64,000 nucleotides of DNA from Eledone cirrhosa (GCA_964016885.1 CAXHJY010000252.1:62001-126000), one strand, 5' to 3'. Positions 1-17,742 are shown, counted from the stretch's first letter. Numbers and translations: made by a program. Notes: generated by a model not told the origin, from the sequence alone.

Positions 1-75
1 AATTCATGAATTTAACGAATTTATAAATTTCCGCTTGGTTGGTTGGTTCCACAACCGGATGGTTGTTCATATATT

Positions 76-117
76 GTCAAAGTTCTTTCGTCACACATTC
101 TGTGACCTCTTCAGGCA
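76..117 (-). ncRNA. Type I hammerhead motif (stem I disrupted)
   Basis: Reverse strand CTGAAGA-G-GTCACA-gaatg-TGTGAC-GAAA-gaac-TT. Confidence 0.55.
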
Positions 118-264
118 CAAAACAAAGAAAAGAATCACCAGTCACAGAATGAGTGACGAAAGAACTTTGATAATATATGAACAACCATCCGATTGTGGAA
201 CCAACCGACCAACCAAGCGTAAACTTATAAATTCGTTAAATTTATGAATTTAATTTATAATAAA

Positions 265-1162
265 CTAGCAGTAAAGCCCGGCGTTGCTCGGGGTCGCTCA
301 GTAGCTGTGTTAAAGTTACAATGTTAAGTTTCTTTCTTGGCTTAAAAACTGTAGTGTCTACTGTGCAGACTTGCATGTGGTGTTTTTGATTAATATTCCC
401 TCAACCAACAATATGCCTTATGAAGTTAAGAAAACATAACGATAACCCGAATGTTATAACAAAAGAGGATGCTGGGGATAGAAACTGCACTGGTTATTTA
501 TTAACAAAAATCGAAAATGTAAACACTGCAACGCAGAGAAAAACATTAGCGTAACCAAATTATCAGTTATGTCTGTCTGCACGCCTATATCACCTCTCTG
601 CACGACTGTCTGTCTGCACGCCTATATCACCTCTCTGCACGACTGTCTGTCTGCACGCCTATATCACCTCTCTGCACGACTGTCTGTCTGCACGCGTATA
701 TCACCTCTCTGCACGACTGTCTGTCTGCACGCCTAACGACGAAATATTTGCTTGTTTTACGAAGTCTTTAAATAGTCTTGTTTTCAAGTAAAAATATTGT
801 TTTAAAATGCTTTTAAATGGAAATGAAGCAAAACGGAAGCTTAGTGTTCGAACTGATGAATTTTGCAGGTCAATATTTTGCTGGCTCGACAACTGTTAAA
901 GGCAGCGTAATTTTTTACGTAAGACGCTCAATGTAAACAGAACAAAGGGAAATAACTGATAACTTACGCTCAAAAATTGATACATTATATTCGATTTCGT
1001 CACATAGGGTGGGTCAATTTGAAATTTTTTTTTTCCGATGTCTTCGCTAGGGCTCAATGTACAAGTATAGCAATTTCGGTGCAATTCCGTGAGAGATTCT
1101 AAGAGCAGATGTGTGCCAAAAATCGATAGACAGACAGACAACCACAGTTTTATATATATAGA
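265..1162 (-). mobile_element. Non-autonomous Helitron
   Basis: Minus strand starts TC(TATATATATAAAAC) and ends CTAG, with a subterminal hairpin CCCG..CGGG at 277-292. Inserted at A|T with no TSD. The rejoined flanks match the uninterrupted copy at 41461-41495. Confidence 0.85.
570..735. repeat. 37-bp minisatellite x4.5 inside the Helitron
   Basis: Unit tgtctgtctgcacgcctatatcacctctctgcacgac. Confidence 0.95.
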
Positions 1163-1284
1163 TTGGAGTGAAAGCAACTGGTGCGTGTGTTTCTTATTGG
1201 CAACATGACCCTCCCAAAGTATAACAATATCGGTTTCAACACACGTTTTCAGATAAAGAATCTTCCTAAACAAATTCAGAAAAG

Positions 1285-3002
<1,718 letters not shown>

Positions 3003-3130
3003 AAGGCGCATGGCTTAGTGGTTAGAGCATTGGGCTTGCAATTCTCAGACCAGGTGATGTGTTGTTTTCTTGAGCAAGACACTTTATTTCACGTTGCTCC
3101 AGTTTACTCAGCTGTAGAAATGAGTACCGG
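3003..3130 (+). mobile_element. tRNA-derived SINE fragment (family 2)
   Basis: A-box-like TGGCTTAGTGG. Body cttgagcaagacactttatttcacgttgctccag is shared with 43345-43410. Confidence 0.6.
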
Positions 3131-3237
3131 TCTGCCCGCCCAGCCAGTGGGATGGCCTTATCTTATGGCTAAAACAGCACGACGTGACCAGCGGCCCCGA
3201 TTGGGGCCCGACAGACTGTTCGGTCAAGGTGATCAAG

Positions 3238-3349
<112 letters not shown>

Positions 3350-3381
3350 CATATATATATTTATATATATATATATATATA

Positions 3382-4062
3382 TGTAGATAAATCTACCAAG
3401 AGTTTACGGTAGTGTCCAATCCGTATGAAGAACTCAATGTAATCCGGAATCATGGAAAGAAGAGATGCATTCAAAAATCACTTTCGGTGAAAGATAAACG
3501 GAATACAGAGTCAAGATAAAGTATTAAAAAAATAATGAATAAAACAATGAAACAGTTCCTAATATTAAACAAAAAAGTTCATTATTTAACGATCGTTTCT
3601 AGGACATATATGTGTTAGAATTGGCATGCATATTCAACAGATCTATGTACAAAATTATACAAAATTATACAAACTATCAAATTTAATATACATACCAACA
3701 CATACATATGCCGTCTTCAGAAATAAATATATATATATATATACACACACACACATACATATACACAATATATATATACACACACACATACATATACACA
3801 ATATATATATTATATATATATATACACACATACATATACACAATATATATTTATTTCTGAAGACGGCATATGTATGTGTTGGTATGTATATTAAATTTGA
3901 TAGTTTGTATAATTTTGTATAATTTTGTACATAGATCTGTTGAATATGCATGCCAATTCTAACACATATATGTCCTAGAAACGATCGTTAAATAATGAAC
4001 TTTTTTTGTTTTATATAAGGAACTGTTTCATTGTTTTATTCATTATTTTTTTAATACTTTAT
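3382..4062. mobile_element. Fold-back PLE-type insert (arms 3516-3730 / 3845-4062, one-sided extension 3382-3515)
   Basis: Near-perfect ~215-bp inverted repeat flanked by (TA)n. The left part recurs at 62104-62302. Confidence 0.8.
3851..3995 (+). ncRNA. Hammerhead motif with ~114-nt stem II (mirror copy 3582-3726 on minus)
   Basis: TTATTT-CTGAAGA-c-ggcatatgtatgtgtt...aacacatatatgtcc-ta-GAAA-CGATCG-TT-AAATAA. Confidence 0.55.
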
Positions 4063-4100
4063 ATATATATATATATACATACATATATATATATATATAT

Positions 4101-4454
<354 letters not shown>

Positions 4455-4769
4455 CATGTATATATATATATATATGTCTGCTTGTCTGTCAGTCAAGGGT
4501 TAAAACGACGCCATGTTTAACACGCAGTTTGTTGCCAAGATTTTATGTCTTGAGAAACGCCGTCTTAACCTAAACCAATCGAAATCCACTGAACCTACAC
4601 ACAGACACATGTTTAAATGTATGTATGTATGTATGTATGTATGTATGTATGTATGTATGTATGTATGTATGTATGTATGTATGTATGTATGTATGTATGT
4701 ATGTGTGTGTATTTGTGTGTATATATATGTAGATATATATATATATATGTACGTATATATATATTTATG

Positions 4770-4801
<32 letters not shown>

Positions 4802-4829
4802 GTTATATATATACATGTATGTATATATA

Positions 4830-4862
<33 letters not shown>

Positions 4863-5078
4863 TGGTATTCATATATGTGTGTGTGTAGATATATATGTAC
4901 ATACATAAACATACACGCACACAAACATACATATATATATATATGTATGTATATATATATGTGTGTATATAGATATATATATATGTATGTGTATATATAT
5001 ATATGTATGTATGTGTATATTTATGTACATATATGTATATATATATTGACATTCACATATGTATGTGTAGACATATAT

Positions 5079-5151
<73 letters not shown>

Positions 5152-5614
5152 TATACACACTTTAGATATCTACATTAGTGAGATACCCAAACTTGACTCC
5201 ATCTCAAGTATTTGCGGTCATTAATGCTACCTCATTAAATACGACGTATCGCCATTGTTTGCTCATTAGTCATTTTCTACCATTTCTTAAGCTTCCAGTA
5301 GTCCAGTACCCAGTTCTTCTGGAGAGTAGATGAGCGAATATATCCTTCATCCTTTCAGGCATTGTGTGCAAAAAGCACGTGTCTTTTGCAGTTTACGGTG
5401 CTCTTTTGACGATCTTTAAGTACGACAGTTCAATTTCCGGATCGACCGTCACACTTTGTCCTTCAGCAAGACAATTAGCGTCACATAGTTAATGTCATAA
5501 AAGAAGACATATATATTTGATAGTTGCTCGTCTTCGCCTGCCTCTATCCCCACAGCCAACATGATCGTATCTATGTATATATATATATGTATGTATGTAT
5601 GACATACATACATA

Positions 5615-5650
<36 letters not shown>

Positions 5651-5814
5651 TGTATGTATGTATGTATGTATGTATGTATGTATGTATGTACTTTTATATG
5701 TATGTATGAATTTGCAAGAGATGTCAACAGGAATGGACCTATTATTTTTATATGAAGACTTTTTTTCCAATTCCATCCCACCCATCCCCTTAATCTATTT
5801 TATTTCTCATTCTT

Positions 5815-5850
5815 TCTTCTGATGAAGAACTAGCGTCCGAAACGTTAAGA
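5815..5850 (+). ncRNA. Minimal hammerhead motif
   Basis: TCTT-CTGATGA-a-gaac-tagc-gtcc-GAAA-CG-TT-AAGA. Same design as 26872-26905, with one stem II mismatch. Confidence 0.6.
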
Positions 5851-5916
5851 CCCTCTTCCTGCTATATCAAGCGTTAACCTAATATATACCTTCCATATAC
5901 TGTACCGATTGCATTG

Positions 5917-5977
<61 letters not shown>

Positions 5978-5979
<2 letters not shown>

Positions 5980-6154
5980 AAAAAGTATGTCCCCGATGGC
6001 AGAGCTCAAGCCGTTTTGACGTCAAGAAATAGCCGTCGAAACGGCTTGAGCTCTGCCGTTGGGGTCATACTTTTTCCTATTTCTCATTCTACTACCCTAA
6101 GTATTGAGTACTCTGGTGCGTTATGGTCCATCTGGTTCCTTACCACAATTCCTT

Positions 6155-6156
<2 letters not shown>
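5978..6156. mobile_element. Family X fold-back insert (first of ~10 copies)
   Basis: Other copies at 16694-16872, 17472-17665, 19318-19523, 21621-21821, 22394-22476, 37475-37523, 37614-37804, 45183-45264 and 58320-58385. All abut (TA)n. Confidence 0.85.
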
Positions 6157-6190
<34 letters not shown>

Positions 6191-6248
6191 CCGTATTTAT
6201 ATATGTATGTTGTATGTATGAATATATATATATTTATATATGTATGTA

Positions 6249-6333
<85 letters not shown>

Positions 6334-6409
6334 ATACATGTATAGACATATATATATGTATGTATGTATGAATATTTATATATGTATGTACGTATGTATG
6401 TATGCATAC

Positions 6410-6865
6410 AAAGGGCAAAGGAGCTCTTAAGAGTCAATGGCCATCCAAAATCACAGGGAGAGATGACCCCTTACCCTTTGTCAAGTCAGAATTCTAGGAG
6501 AAGGAAAACTCTGATATAAACCCTGCAACCCTGATGGTATCCAATGATGTTGACTTGTTCTTCTTTTTGGTAAATATGATCTTGGTTAAGAGAGTGGGAC
6601 TGGCTTTGTGCAGTGCCTTTGCTCACTATAAAAGCTTCACGGCACAGGCATTGCTTTATATCTGGAGATCTCTCTGCACTTGTCGTCACATGGTACCATG
6701 GGCCCAGCACCATGTGTCAATAATTGTCACAAGTGTAGTGTTTGTACCAGAGTTTTCAAGTCGCAGGCTGGACTAAAAAGTCACACTTGTTCAGCGCGTC
6801 GGTAGGGGTTCTCCTACATGGATATAAACTAGTGGCCGTACTCGAAAACGAGTTGGCAGCCACCA
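6410..6865 (+). mobile_element. Non-coding element in (TATG)n, probably an RTE-derived non-autonomous retroposon
   Basis: The 3' 280 bp are nearly identical to 24562-24843, and both run into (ATGT)n. The motif CTAGGAGAAGGAAAACTCTGA resembles RTE 5' regions (recalled, not searched). A diverged relative lies at 6957-7170. Confidence 0.6.
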
Positions 6866-7489
6866 TGTATGTATGTATGTATGTATGTATGTATGTATGT
6901 ATGTATGTATGTATGTATGTATGTATGTATGTATGTATGTATGTATGTATATGTATCAAGGACCCCCTAGCCTTTGTCAGGGCATTCTTCTAGGAGAAGG
7001 CAACTCAGGAAACTGGGATAACTCTGATATAAAACCTGCGGCTCAGTAGTTACCGATGATGTTGATCTTTTCTTCTTTTCGGGTTATAGCTACTGTCGCT
7101 CAGAGAGTGGGATTGGCTCAGTGCGCAGTCTTTCCTCACTTTAAAAAATATCTTCACGCACAGGCATTGCACGATAGAATTAATTAATAATTGTTAATAA
7201 TGGTATATCGTGCAATGGCCATATTTGATAACGAGGTGGCAGCAATCATTATATATGTATGTATGTTACCCTATAGATGTTATATTCACCATCTACACAT
7301 GGCAAGGTTGTGAGTTCGATTCCCAGAAGCATCACCATGTACACATCCTTAACCCTTTAGCATTTAAACCGGCCAAATCTAGCCAGAATTCTCTCACATC
7401 TTTCTGTTCAAACGGCTGTAACTGGCTGTTCATACTTACGTTAAGGTATTGTTCTCATAATAAATAACATCAAAATCTCGTGGATTTGA

Positions 7490-7965
7490 TATTATGTGAG
7501 GTAATTATGTAAGGTAAAGCCTTTACTGTGAAAATACAATAGTATATATAGAGTAATGTAAATGGTATGTGAGATATTATGTGAGGTAAAGCCTTTACTG
7601 TGAAAATACAATAGTATATATAGAGTAATGTAAATGTTATGTGAGGTAAAGTCTTTACTGTGAAAATACAATAGTATATATAGAGTAATGTAAATGTTAT
7701 GTGAGGTAAAGTCTTTACTGTGAAAATACAATAGTATATATAGAGTAATGTAAATGTTATGTGAGATATTATGTGAGGTAAAGCCTTTACTGTGAAAATA
7801 CAATAGTATATATAGAGTAATGTAAATGTTATGTGAGATATTATGTGAGGTAAAGCCTTTACTGTGAAAATACAATAGTATATATAGAGTAATGTAAATG
7901 TTATGTGAGATATTATGTGAGGTAAAGCCTTTACTGTGAAAATACAATAGTATATATAGAGTAAA
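7490..7965. repeat. 60/72-bp minisatellite x7
   Basis: Units start at 7514, 7586, 7646, 7706, 7778, 7850 and 7922. Confidence 0.95.
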
Positions 7966-8070
7966 GGTTAATGATTGACAACTCAATCCCAATAATTCGT
8001 TAGTTGTCACGTGAGAAATATTCTTTTGAGTGGCTAGTCTGTTCTTTACTCTATGCAAACCAACATTATC

Positions 8071-8144
<74 letters not shown>

Positions 8145-8271
8145 CTCTCTCTCTATATATATATAGGCACTCCCATATATATCTCTCTCTCTCTATTTAT
8201 ATATAGAGAGAGATAGGTAGATAGGTAGCTGGATGTAAATATTTGTGTATGTATATATAAATATATATGTG

Positions 8272-8311
<40 letters not shown>

Positions 8312-8499
8312 TATATATATATAGATATATATATATGTATAGATAGAAAGAGGGGGGGGGGGTAGAAACTATGTAAGGTGCAAATATGAGATAGGAGACA
8401 GGGGGAGGTAACTGGGGAAGTTTTAGAAGGAGGAAACGAAAAGCAGTTGTTCATATTACGTTACCATAAAGGTGAAACATTACGCCTTTACTTTCACTT

Positions 8500-8860
8500 A
8501 CATACATATATATAACCACACATACACATATATAACCACACATACACATATATATAACCACACATACACATATATATAACCACACATACACATATATAAC
8601 CACACATACACATATATATAACCACACATACACATATATATAACCACACATACACATATATATAACCACACATACACATATATATAACCACACATACACA
8701 TATATATATATATATATAACCACACATACACATATATATAACCACATACGCACTTACATATATATATATATATAGCCACACATACACATATATATATATA
8801 TAGCCACACATACACATATATATAGCCACACATACACATATATATAACCACATACGCATT

Positions 8861-8897
<37 letters not shown>

Positions 8898-9658
8898 CTA
8901 CACATACACATATATATAGCCACATACGCATTTACATATATATATATATAGCCACACATACACACATATATAGCCACATATATACACACGCACATATATA
9001 TATATTGGGTCAAGTATGAAATTTGTAGAAGTTTGTTGAAGAAATACAAAACTCTACAAATTTCATACTTGATAACCCAATATATATAATGTATATATAT
9101 ATATAGCTACACACACATACATATATACCCACATACACACATACATATATATATACATATAGTCACACACACACACACATATATATAGCCACATATGCAC
9201 TTACATATATGTATATATATATATATATATATAGCCACACACACACGCACATACACATATATATACACATATAGCCACATACACACACATATACATATAT
9301 AGCCACATACGCACTTACATATATATATATATAGCCACACACACACACATATATATATATACATATAGCCACATACACACACATATATATACATATATAC
9401 ATATAGCCACATACACACACATATATATACATATATAGCCACGTACGCACTTATATATATATAGCCAAACACACATATACACATATATATACACATATAG
9501 CCACATACACACTCACACGTACAATCTAACACAACACACACACATACACACACACATTATACCATACAAACACACAGTTTTGTCTTTATATATATATACA
9601 CACACACACACACATACACACACACATTATACCATACAAACACACACAGTTTTGTCTT

Positions 9659-9690
<32 letters not shown>

Positions 9691-10068
9691 TACACACACA
9701 TTATACCATACAAACACACACAGGTTTGTCTTTATATATATACACACACACAGACACATACACACACATTATACCATACAAACACACAGTTTTGTCTTTA
9801 TATACACACACATTATACCATACAAACACACACAGGTTTGTCTTTATATATATACACACACACACACACAGACACACACACAGACACACACACATTATAC
9901 CATACAAACACACAGTTTTGTCTTTATATACACACACACATTATACCATACAAACACACACAGGTTTGTCTTTATATATATACACACACACAGACACACA
10001 CACACAGACACACACACACAGACACACACACTCACATTATACCATACAAACACACATAGTTTTGTCTT
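8500..10068. repeat. Microsatellite-derived minisatellites
   Basis: 20-22-bp tataaccacacatacacata units, then the core cattataccatacaaacacacag(g)ttt(t)gtcttta separated by variable (CA)n. Confidence 0.85.
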
Positions 10069-10224
10069 CATCCATATCTCAGCTACCTTTAACGTATATC
10101 TTTGTTTCTTCCTTTTACAAGTAGTTTTAGTATTAGTTAGTATTTAATGTCTCTTGTTTATGTTTTCTTTGATTTTTATTACCGATCATTTTCCGCCATT
10201 TTGAAGCAGCTGCCATTTCCCCTG

Positions 10225-10304
<80 letters not shown>

Positions 10305-10338
10305 TATATAAGTGTGTGTGAACACACACACTCACACA

Positions 10339-10374
<36 letters not shown>

Positions 10375-10582
10375 CACACATACATATGTGTATGTGTGTA
10401 TACACATACAGATGTGTGTGCATGTATGTATAAATATCTGAGTTGAAAATCTTCCAAGCCCGGTTTTAGCAGACATCTACAAAAGAGATTAACAAAGTTG
10501 GGCTTTAAACTTTAGAAATATATGAGTTTATCGTCAGGAAAGGATTATAGGAAACTATACATAATGTATGTAGGTGTGTATG

Positions 10583-10649
<67 letters not shown>

Positions 10650-10873
10650 TAATATGTAAGTAATGAAACACAGATACCAACACATCTGTATATATATTGC
10701 AAAAGAAAAATTTAGCCAGATTGAAGTATACTAATTATTATACTACAGTTTGTCCATATCGATTTAAAATAATAAATCAACGGAGACGAACTGTATTGCC
10801 AAAGGGCCGTGATGTTTAGACACATTTAAATTTCAAAATCAAACCTGTTCCGTAGATAAGTTTAGACTTTAAG

Positions 10874-10935
10874 ATCCAAATATGTTTCGAGTTAAAAAAG
10901 TGTAGGAATATCATGTCCCGCTCTCCTCAGTAAAC
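10874..10935 (-). ncRNA. Possible hammerhead motif
   Basis: gttta-CTGAGGA-GAG..CTC-GAAA-cata-TT-tggat. Stem I is weak and G-U rich. Confidence 0.45.
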
Positions 10936-11124
10936 ATCCAGAGACAAATTGATATGCTTCACTTCTAAATAATTTAAAAGACTGCGTGGCGCACATGGCT
11001 TTACAGTATCTAACTAGTCTCATAACCGTACTGCTAGAAATAACAGTCGTATATATGGGACGGTTTGCAACTCAAACTAGGAGCAGTTAAAATTAATAAG
11101 GTAATATATATATAATTAATAAGG

Positions 11125-11255
<131 letters not shown>

Positions 11256-11313
11256 TGTATGTATGTATGTATGTATGTAGTTGAAAGAGACAACATAGAA
11301 AGGTACAAAAAGT

Positions 11314-11398
<85 letters not shown>

Positions 11399-11523
11399 AT
11401 ATACACACACGTATATATGAATATATATGTGTGTGTGTGTGTATGCTTATGTATATATAATTGAAACCAACTCGTGTCCAAGTACGACCACTTCTTAGAC
11501 TAAACTATACTCATACACACATT

Positions 11524-11555
<32 letters not shown>

Positions 11556-12116
11556 CAAGTCTATGGAGCCATATACAAAACATATTTATGTCTATTAAAC
11601 ATACATAGCAGATCTTGCTGTGAAAGTGTTTCCACAATAATTACACCGTAGTTTACTCACGCTGTGTGTGGACTAACAGAAATGCATCTTCGTTTTCAGT
11701 TCAGAAATAAATCTATGGAAACGAATGGGTCTCAGATACTGAAGACACAAGCAGTGTTGGCTTGACTTTAAATATATCGATTTTTCAGAAAAGGAAATGT
11801 CTTTTGAAGAATGGAGTTTTGCTGTAACTAGTAGAGCGTCGGTCAAAAAAAAAAAAAAAAAAACTGTTAGGATTATTATTAATGTTTATTTTTTTCTCCA
11901 AAATTCTGATTTGAATATGTTGCCAAGGTTATAAGGTTGACATTTCTTTCATCCTTTCTGACAACCGTGGAGGAGACCCACAGTATTTAAAACCCTCTAG
12001 TAATGGTTTCTGGTTCAGGCACAAGACCAACAAGTTTTTGGAAAGAGCGAAACACGATTAAATCGACCCCAGTATATATCTGGTGCTTTATATGTATATT
12101 GATACAATTATTTATA

Positions 12117-12299
12117 GTGGATTGGCAGTATCGGTAGAGGGTCGGACGCCATGCTTTCCAGCATAGTTTCGTCCCTTTACGATCTGAGTTCAAATCCCGC
12201 CGCGGTTGACTTTGCCTTTCATCCTTACGGGGTCGATAAAATAAAGTACCAGTAATGCACTGGGTAATTGCTGGCCTTGTGCCTAAAGTAGAAACAATT
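12117..12299 (+). mobile_element. tRNA-derived SINE (family 1)
   Basis: A-box-like TGGCAGTATCGG, B-box GAGTTCAAATC and body gttgactttgcctttcatccttacggggtcgataaaat. Minus-strand copies at 19567-19755, 43490-43654, 58484-58611 and 60876-61060. Confidence 0.8.
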
Positions 12300-12301
12300 A
12301 T

Positions 12302-12329
<28 letters not shown>

Positions 12330-12334
<5 letters not shown>

Positions 12335-12363
12335 TCTAATAATTCTTCTAAGGACATGATTTA

Positions 12364-12427
<64 letters not shown>

Positions 12428-13088
12428 TAAATCATGTCCTTAGAATTATTAGATAAAATATATACAATTTCCTCTCCCAATTAGCGTAATTAACCATATA
12501 AAAAATCAATTAGACCAGGCTATAAGAATAAAGGCTCCTATGAAGTAATATTTGATAAATAACCCTTCACGGTTGACCACAATAGAGTATTTACCCAACA
12601 TTTCAACAGCATCTAGAAACTGACCAAATATACCGTCAACCATACACAATTAGGTATAAATTTAAAGTTAGAAGAAATGTGTACATACCGTAATTATGTC
12701 CCTACCATGGTTTCGTTCGTATTTTGAGATTTCCTATTAACGATAAATCTCGAGTATCGAACTGATCAGGAGACAAACTCAATAGGACAGTTAATTTTCC
12801 AAAGCGATCCCGCCAGAAATAGATATAAAAAATGGCTAAGAATCGTGACGTGGCAGTGGTCAACTTAGAATAATTAACTGTCCTATTGAGTTTGTCTCCT
12901 GATGAGTTCGATACTCGAGATTTATCGCTAAAAATACCAGCTGGCTGATACAACATTAAAATTAGCTCTACATGATGGAACCGACAAATATATAGTGAGT
13001 TAGAAACTCAGGGTAGTATATTGTACGGCTCGGAAAAGCTTTTTTCTTAGAGCTATTTAATTGTAAGAGACTACCCTGACTTTCTAAC

Positions 13089-13096
<8 letters not shown>
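12330..13096. repeat. Cluster of three short inverted repeats
   Basis: 12330-12367/12424-12458 (around a TA tract), 12741-12797/12869-12927, 12991-13017/13070-13096. Confidence 0.8.
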
Positions 13097-13184
<88 letters not shown>

Positions 13185-13239
13185 TAATATATATTTATAT
13201 ATATATATTATGCATATATATATTTATATATATATATTA

Positions 13240-13306
<67 letters not shown>

Positions 13307-13396
13307 AGTTTATGTTGGTTGTATACCAACACCTCAGTATGCAGGCTGGAGCACTCGACGAAGTGCGCAGGTTGGTTTGGTTACTCCGGAGTAGTG

Positions 13397-13938
<542 letters not shown>

Positions 13939-14079
13939 TATATATATAAATATATATATATATAATATAAGAACATTTCGTTTTATCATTTTCTAACCCA
14001 GAAGAGAGAGAGAGAGAGAGACAAAAAAAAAGGAAAAAAATTTTTTTTTTCTTTCTCATAATCGTCTCTTTCTCCCTGT

Positions 14080-14207
<128 letters not shown>

Positions 14208-14434
14208 AAATATGATAATAATGGAGCTGCGGCGTTGCAAATGGGTTACAGATGAAGATTTAGCCAGTTGAGCAACCAAATAAAGAATTATGTTGGTTGG
14301 ACTTAGTTTTCATGTCGTAGACTGGATTTTGACCAGGATATAATACTATGTCCTTGCACAAAACACTTCCATTTTATGTTGCTCCAGTTGTAGTTGGGTG
14401 GTCTAACTCTGTAATGGAGTGTTACAGCCCTTAT

Positions 14435-14507
14435 GGTTCCGTGGTGTAGTGGTTATCACATCTGCTTAACAAACAGAAGGTCGTGAGTTCGAAACTAGCT
14501 GGAACCT
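14435..14507 (+). tRNA. tRNA-Val(AAC)-like gene or pseudogene
   Basis: 73-nt cloverleaf: acceptor GGTTCCG/TGGAACC, D arm GTGTAGTGGTTATCAC, loop TTAACAA, TTCGAAA. One mismatch each in the anticodon and T stems. TTTT lies just downstream. Confidence 0.7.
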
Positions 14508-14806
14508 ACTCTTTTCAAGGGCGGTGCCCCAGCATGGCCTCAGCCAGATGGCTGGAACAGGTAAAAGAGTATATATTGTCCTACTCATGTGTTATTTTAA
14601 TTTTAATATTTTTTCACTTTGTTTTAATTATTTTCCTGTTATTTTAATGTTTGTCCACCACTTACCCCTCACACCCTCTCGGAACTCCTTTCCTTCCCAC
14701 CATTCTCTTGATGAAGGTCTTATACCCGAAACGTCGTCCCCCACGCCCCACTCTCAAGCGTGAAGCTAATACCTAACACCTTTCGTAACAGCATTCCTTG
14801 TTGTTG

Positions 14807-14877
<71 letters not shown>

Positions 14878-15508
14878 TATTAAGAATTTGAAGAAGTAAA
14901 CACATTGTCTTTACATTCGTTATAAAACTCGCATTGTTGTGTGTACTGGAAATATTCCACTAAATTTAGCTTGTTTAATAAATAACAACAATAACAACAA
15001 CAACAACAATAATAATAACTATAATAACAGCAATAACAACAACAACAATAATAATAATAGTTATTATCATGAAAATATCAAAAAAAAATGTCTGCTTTTT
15101 CTATTTTCAAACACGTCGGCCATTTTATATTTCTTATCTATATAAAGTTTTTTTTTTCACTGCCTTGTAGCGTTGTGTTTTGTGGGTGTTTCTGTATATA
15201 ACGAATGTATGTGTATATGTTTATATGAATGTGTGTGTGTGTGTATAAGTGTGTGTGTATATATATGTATATGTATATGTGTATATGCGTATGAGTGTGT
15301 GTGTGTGTATATATTTATATATATATATATATATGTGTATGTATAATATATATATATATATATATGTGTGTATGTGGGTGTGTATATATATATGTGTGTG
15401 TGTATGTATATATATATATATATGTGTGTGTCTATATTGATATATATGTGTGTGTGTATATATATATTTATATATGTTTATGTGTATATGTGTATGTGTA
15501 TATGTGTG

Positions 15509-15549
<41 letters not shown>

Positions 15550-15778
15550 ATGTGTGTGTGTGTATGTAGATATGTGTGTGTGTATGTATATATATGTGTA
15601 TGTGTGTGTGCGCGTATTTATATATATATATGTCTGTGTGTATGTAGATATATATTTATATATACATATGTTTATGTGTATAGGTGTATGTGTGTGTGTG
15701 TGTAGATATATATATGTGTGTGTTTGTATATATATATATATAGTTATACACACACACACATACATATGTACACACACA

Positions 15779-15858
<80 letters not shown>

Positions 15859-16134
15859 ATCTATTTAGTGTTGTGGTCTTTTAAGTTTCGAGTTTGTTGT
15901 CATATTTTATTCAAAAAAAGATTTATTATGGTTTTGTGTTGTTTAGTGAAAAGATAAAGAAAGTCACATGTTCGACAGCCTCACCTTACACATACTAGAT
16001 GAGAGGTTCTCAAAGTGTGTGCTACCCCCCCCCCCCCCCCCTGGCGGGCGTTGAGAATGTCCAGATGAAGGCGAGGTGGTAGAGATGATATAATACTATA
16101 TTAAATATCAAATGATATATATATATATAATATA

Positions 16135-16196
<62 letters not shown>

Positions 16197-16282
16197 GTTA
16201 AACAAGGTTCGATGAATAAATCAAAGAATTAGTTTTACTATAGATTGGAAGCACTCAACAGTTATGGTTTTCCGGAGTTATT

Positions 16283-16611
16283 AATATTAATTCAAAATAT
16301 TAACAAAATAGATATTCTTGTGATCAAGTATATTTTATTATACATATTTCAGAGGTACTGAGTTAACTTCAACAGTACGTCCTCATCAGATAAAATAAGA
16401 TGATGCATGACATACCCTGACATAGTAGATGGTTAAGATCCATGACTACCATGACTGGATCTTAACCATCTATTATGTCAGGGTATGTCATGCATCATCT
16501 TATTTTATCTGATGAGGACGTACTGTTGAAGTTAGCTCAGTGCCTCTGAAATATGTATAATAAAATATACTTGATCATACGAATGTCTATTTTTGTTAAT
16601 ATTTTGAATTA

Positions 16612-16615
<4 letters not shown>
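16283..16615. mobile_element. Fold-back PLE-type insert
   Basis: Arms ~16283-16442 / 16456-16615, extension 16194-16282, TA flanks. Confidence 0.85.
16501..16567 (+). ncRNA. Type I hammerhead (mirror 16331-16397 on minus)
   Basis: TATTTTAT-CTGATGA-ggacGTACTG..CAGTGCctct-GAAA-tatgta-TA-ATAAAATA (8-bp stem I). Confidence 0.75.
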
Positions 16616-16694
<79 letters not shown>

Positions 16695-16871
16695 ACGAAG
16701 GCGGTGTGGTAAGGAACCAGATGGACCATAACACACCAGAGTACTCAATACTTAGGGTAGTAGAGTGGGAAATAGGAAAAAGTAAGACCCCGACGGCAGA
16801 CTCTACTACCCTAAGCATTGAGTACTCTGGTGCGTTATGGTCTATCTAGTTCCTTACCACACCTCCTTCGT

Positions 16872-17473
<602 letters not shown>

Positions 17474-17663
17474 CGAAGGAAATGTGGTAAGGAACCAGGT
17501 GGACCATAACGCACCAAAGTACTCAATACTTGAGGTAGTAGAGTGGGTAATAGGAACCAGTAAGACCCCGACAGCTGAGCTCAAGCCGTTTCGACGGCTA
17601 ATTCTGGAGTCCAGAATTAGCCGTCGAAACGGCCTGAGCTCAGCTGTCGGGGTCTTACTGGTT

Positions 17664-17737
<74 letters not shown>

Positions 17738-17742
<5 letters not shown>

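Larger units (their letters stand above)
1..1287. mobile_element. PLE family B terminal (pLTR) fold-back insert, interrupted by a Helitron
   Basis: 1-106 is inverted relative to 141-250. 141-264 joined to 1163-1287 matches 22032-22285 and the reverse complement of 41414-41595, and includes the ORF start [15 protein letters not shown]. Ends in (TA)n. Confidence 0.8.

Noticed and set aside
12895-12927. CTGATGAG..CTCGAGA hammerhead-like motif
   Set aside because: GAGA instead of GAAA in both arms, and no convincing stems I or III.
14708-14735. TTGATGAAGG..CCCGAAACGTC
   Set aside because: Probably a decayed HHR (C3>T, no stem I), so it is not listed as a feature.
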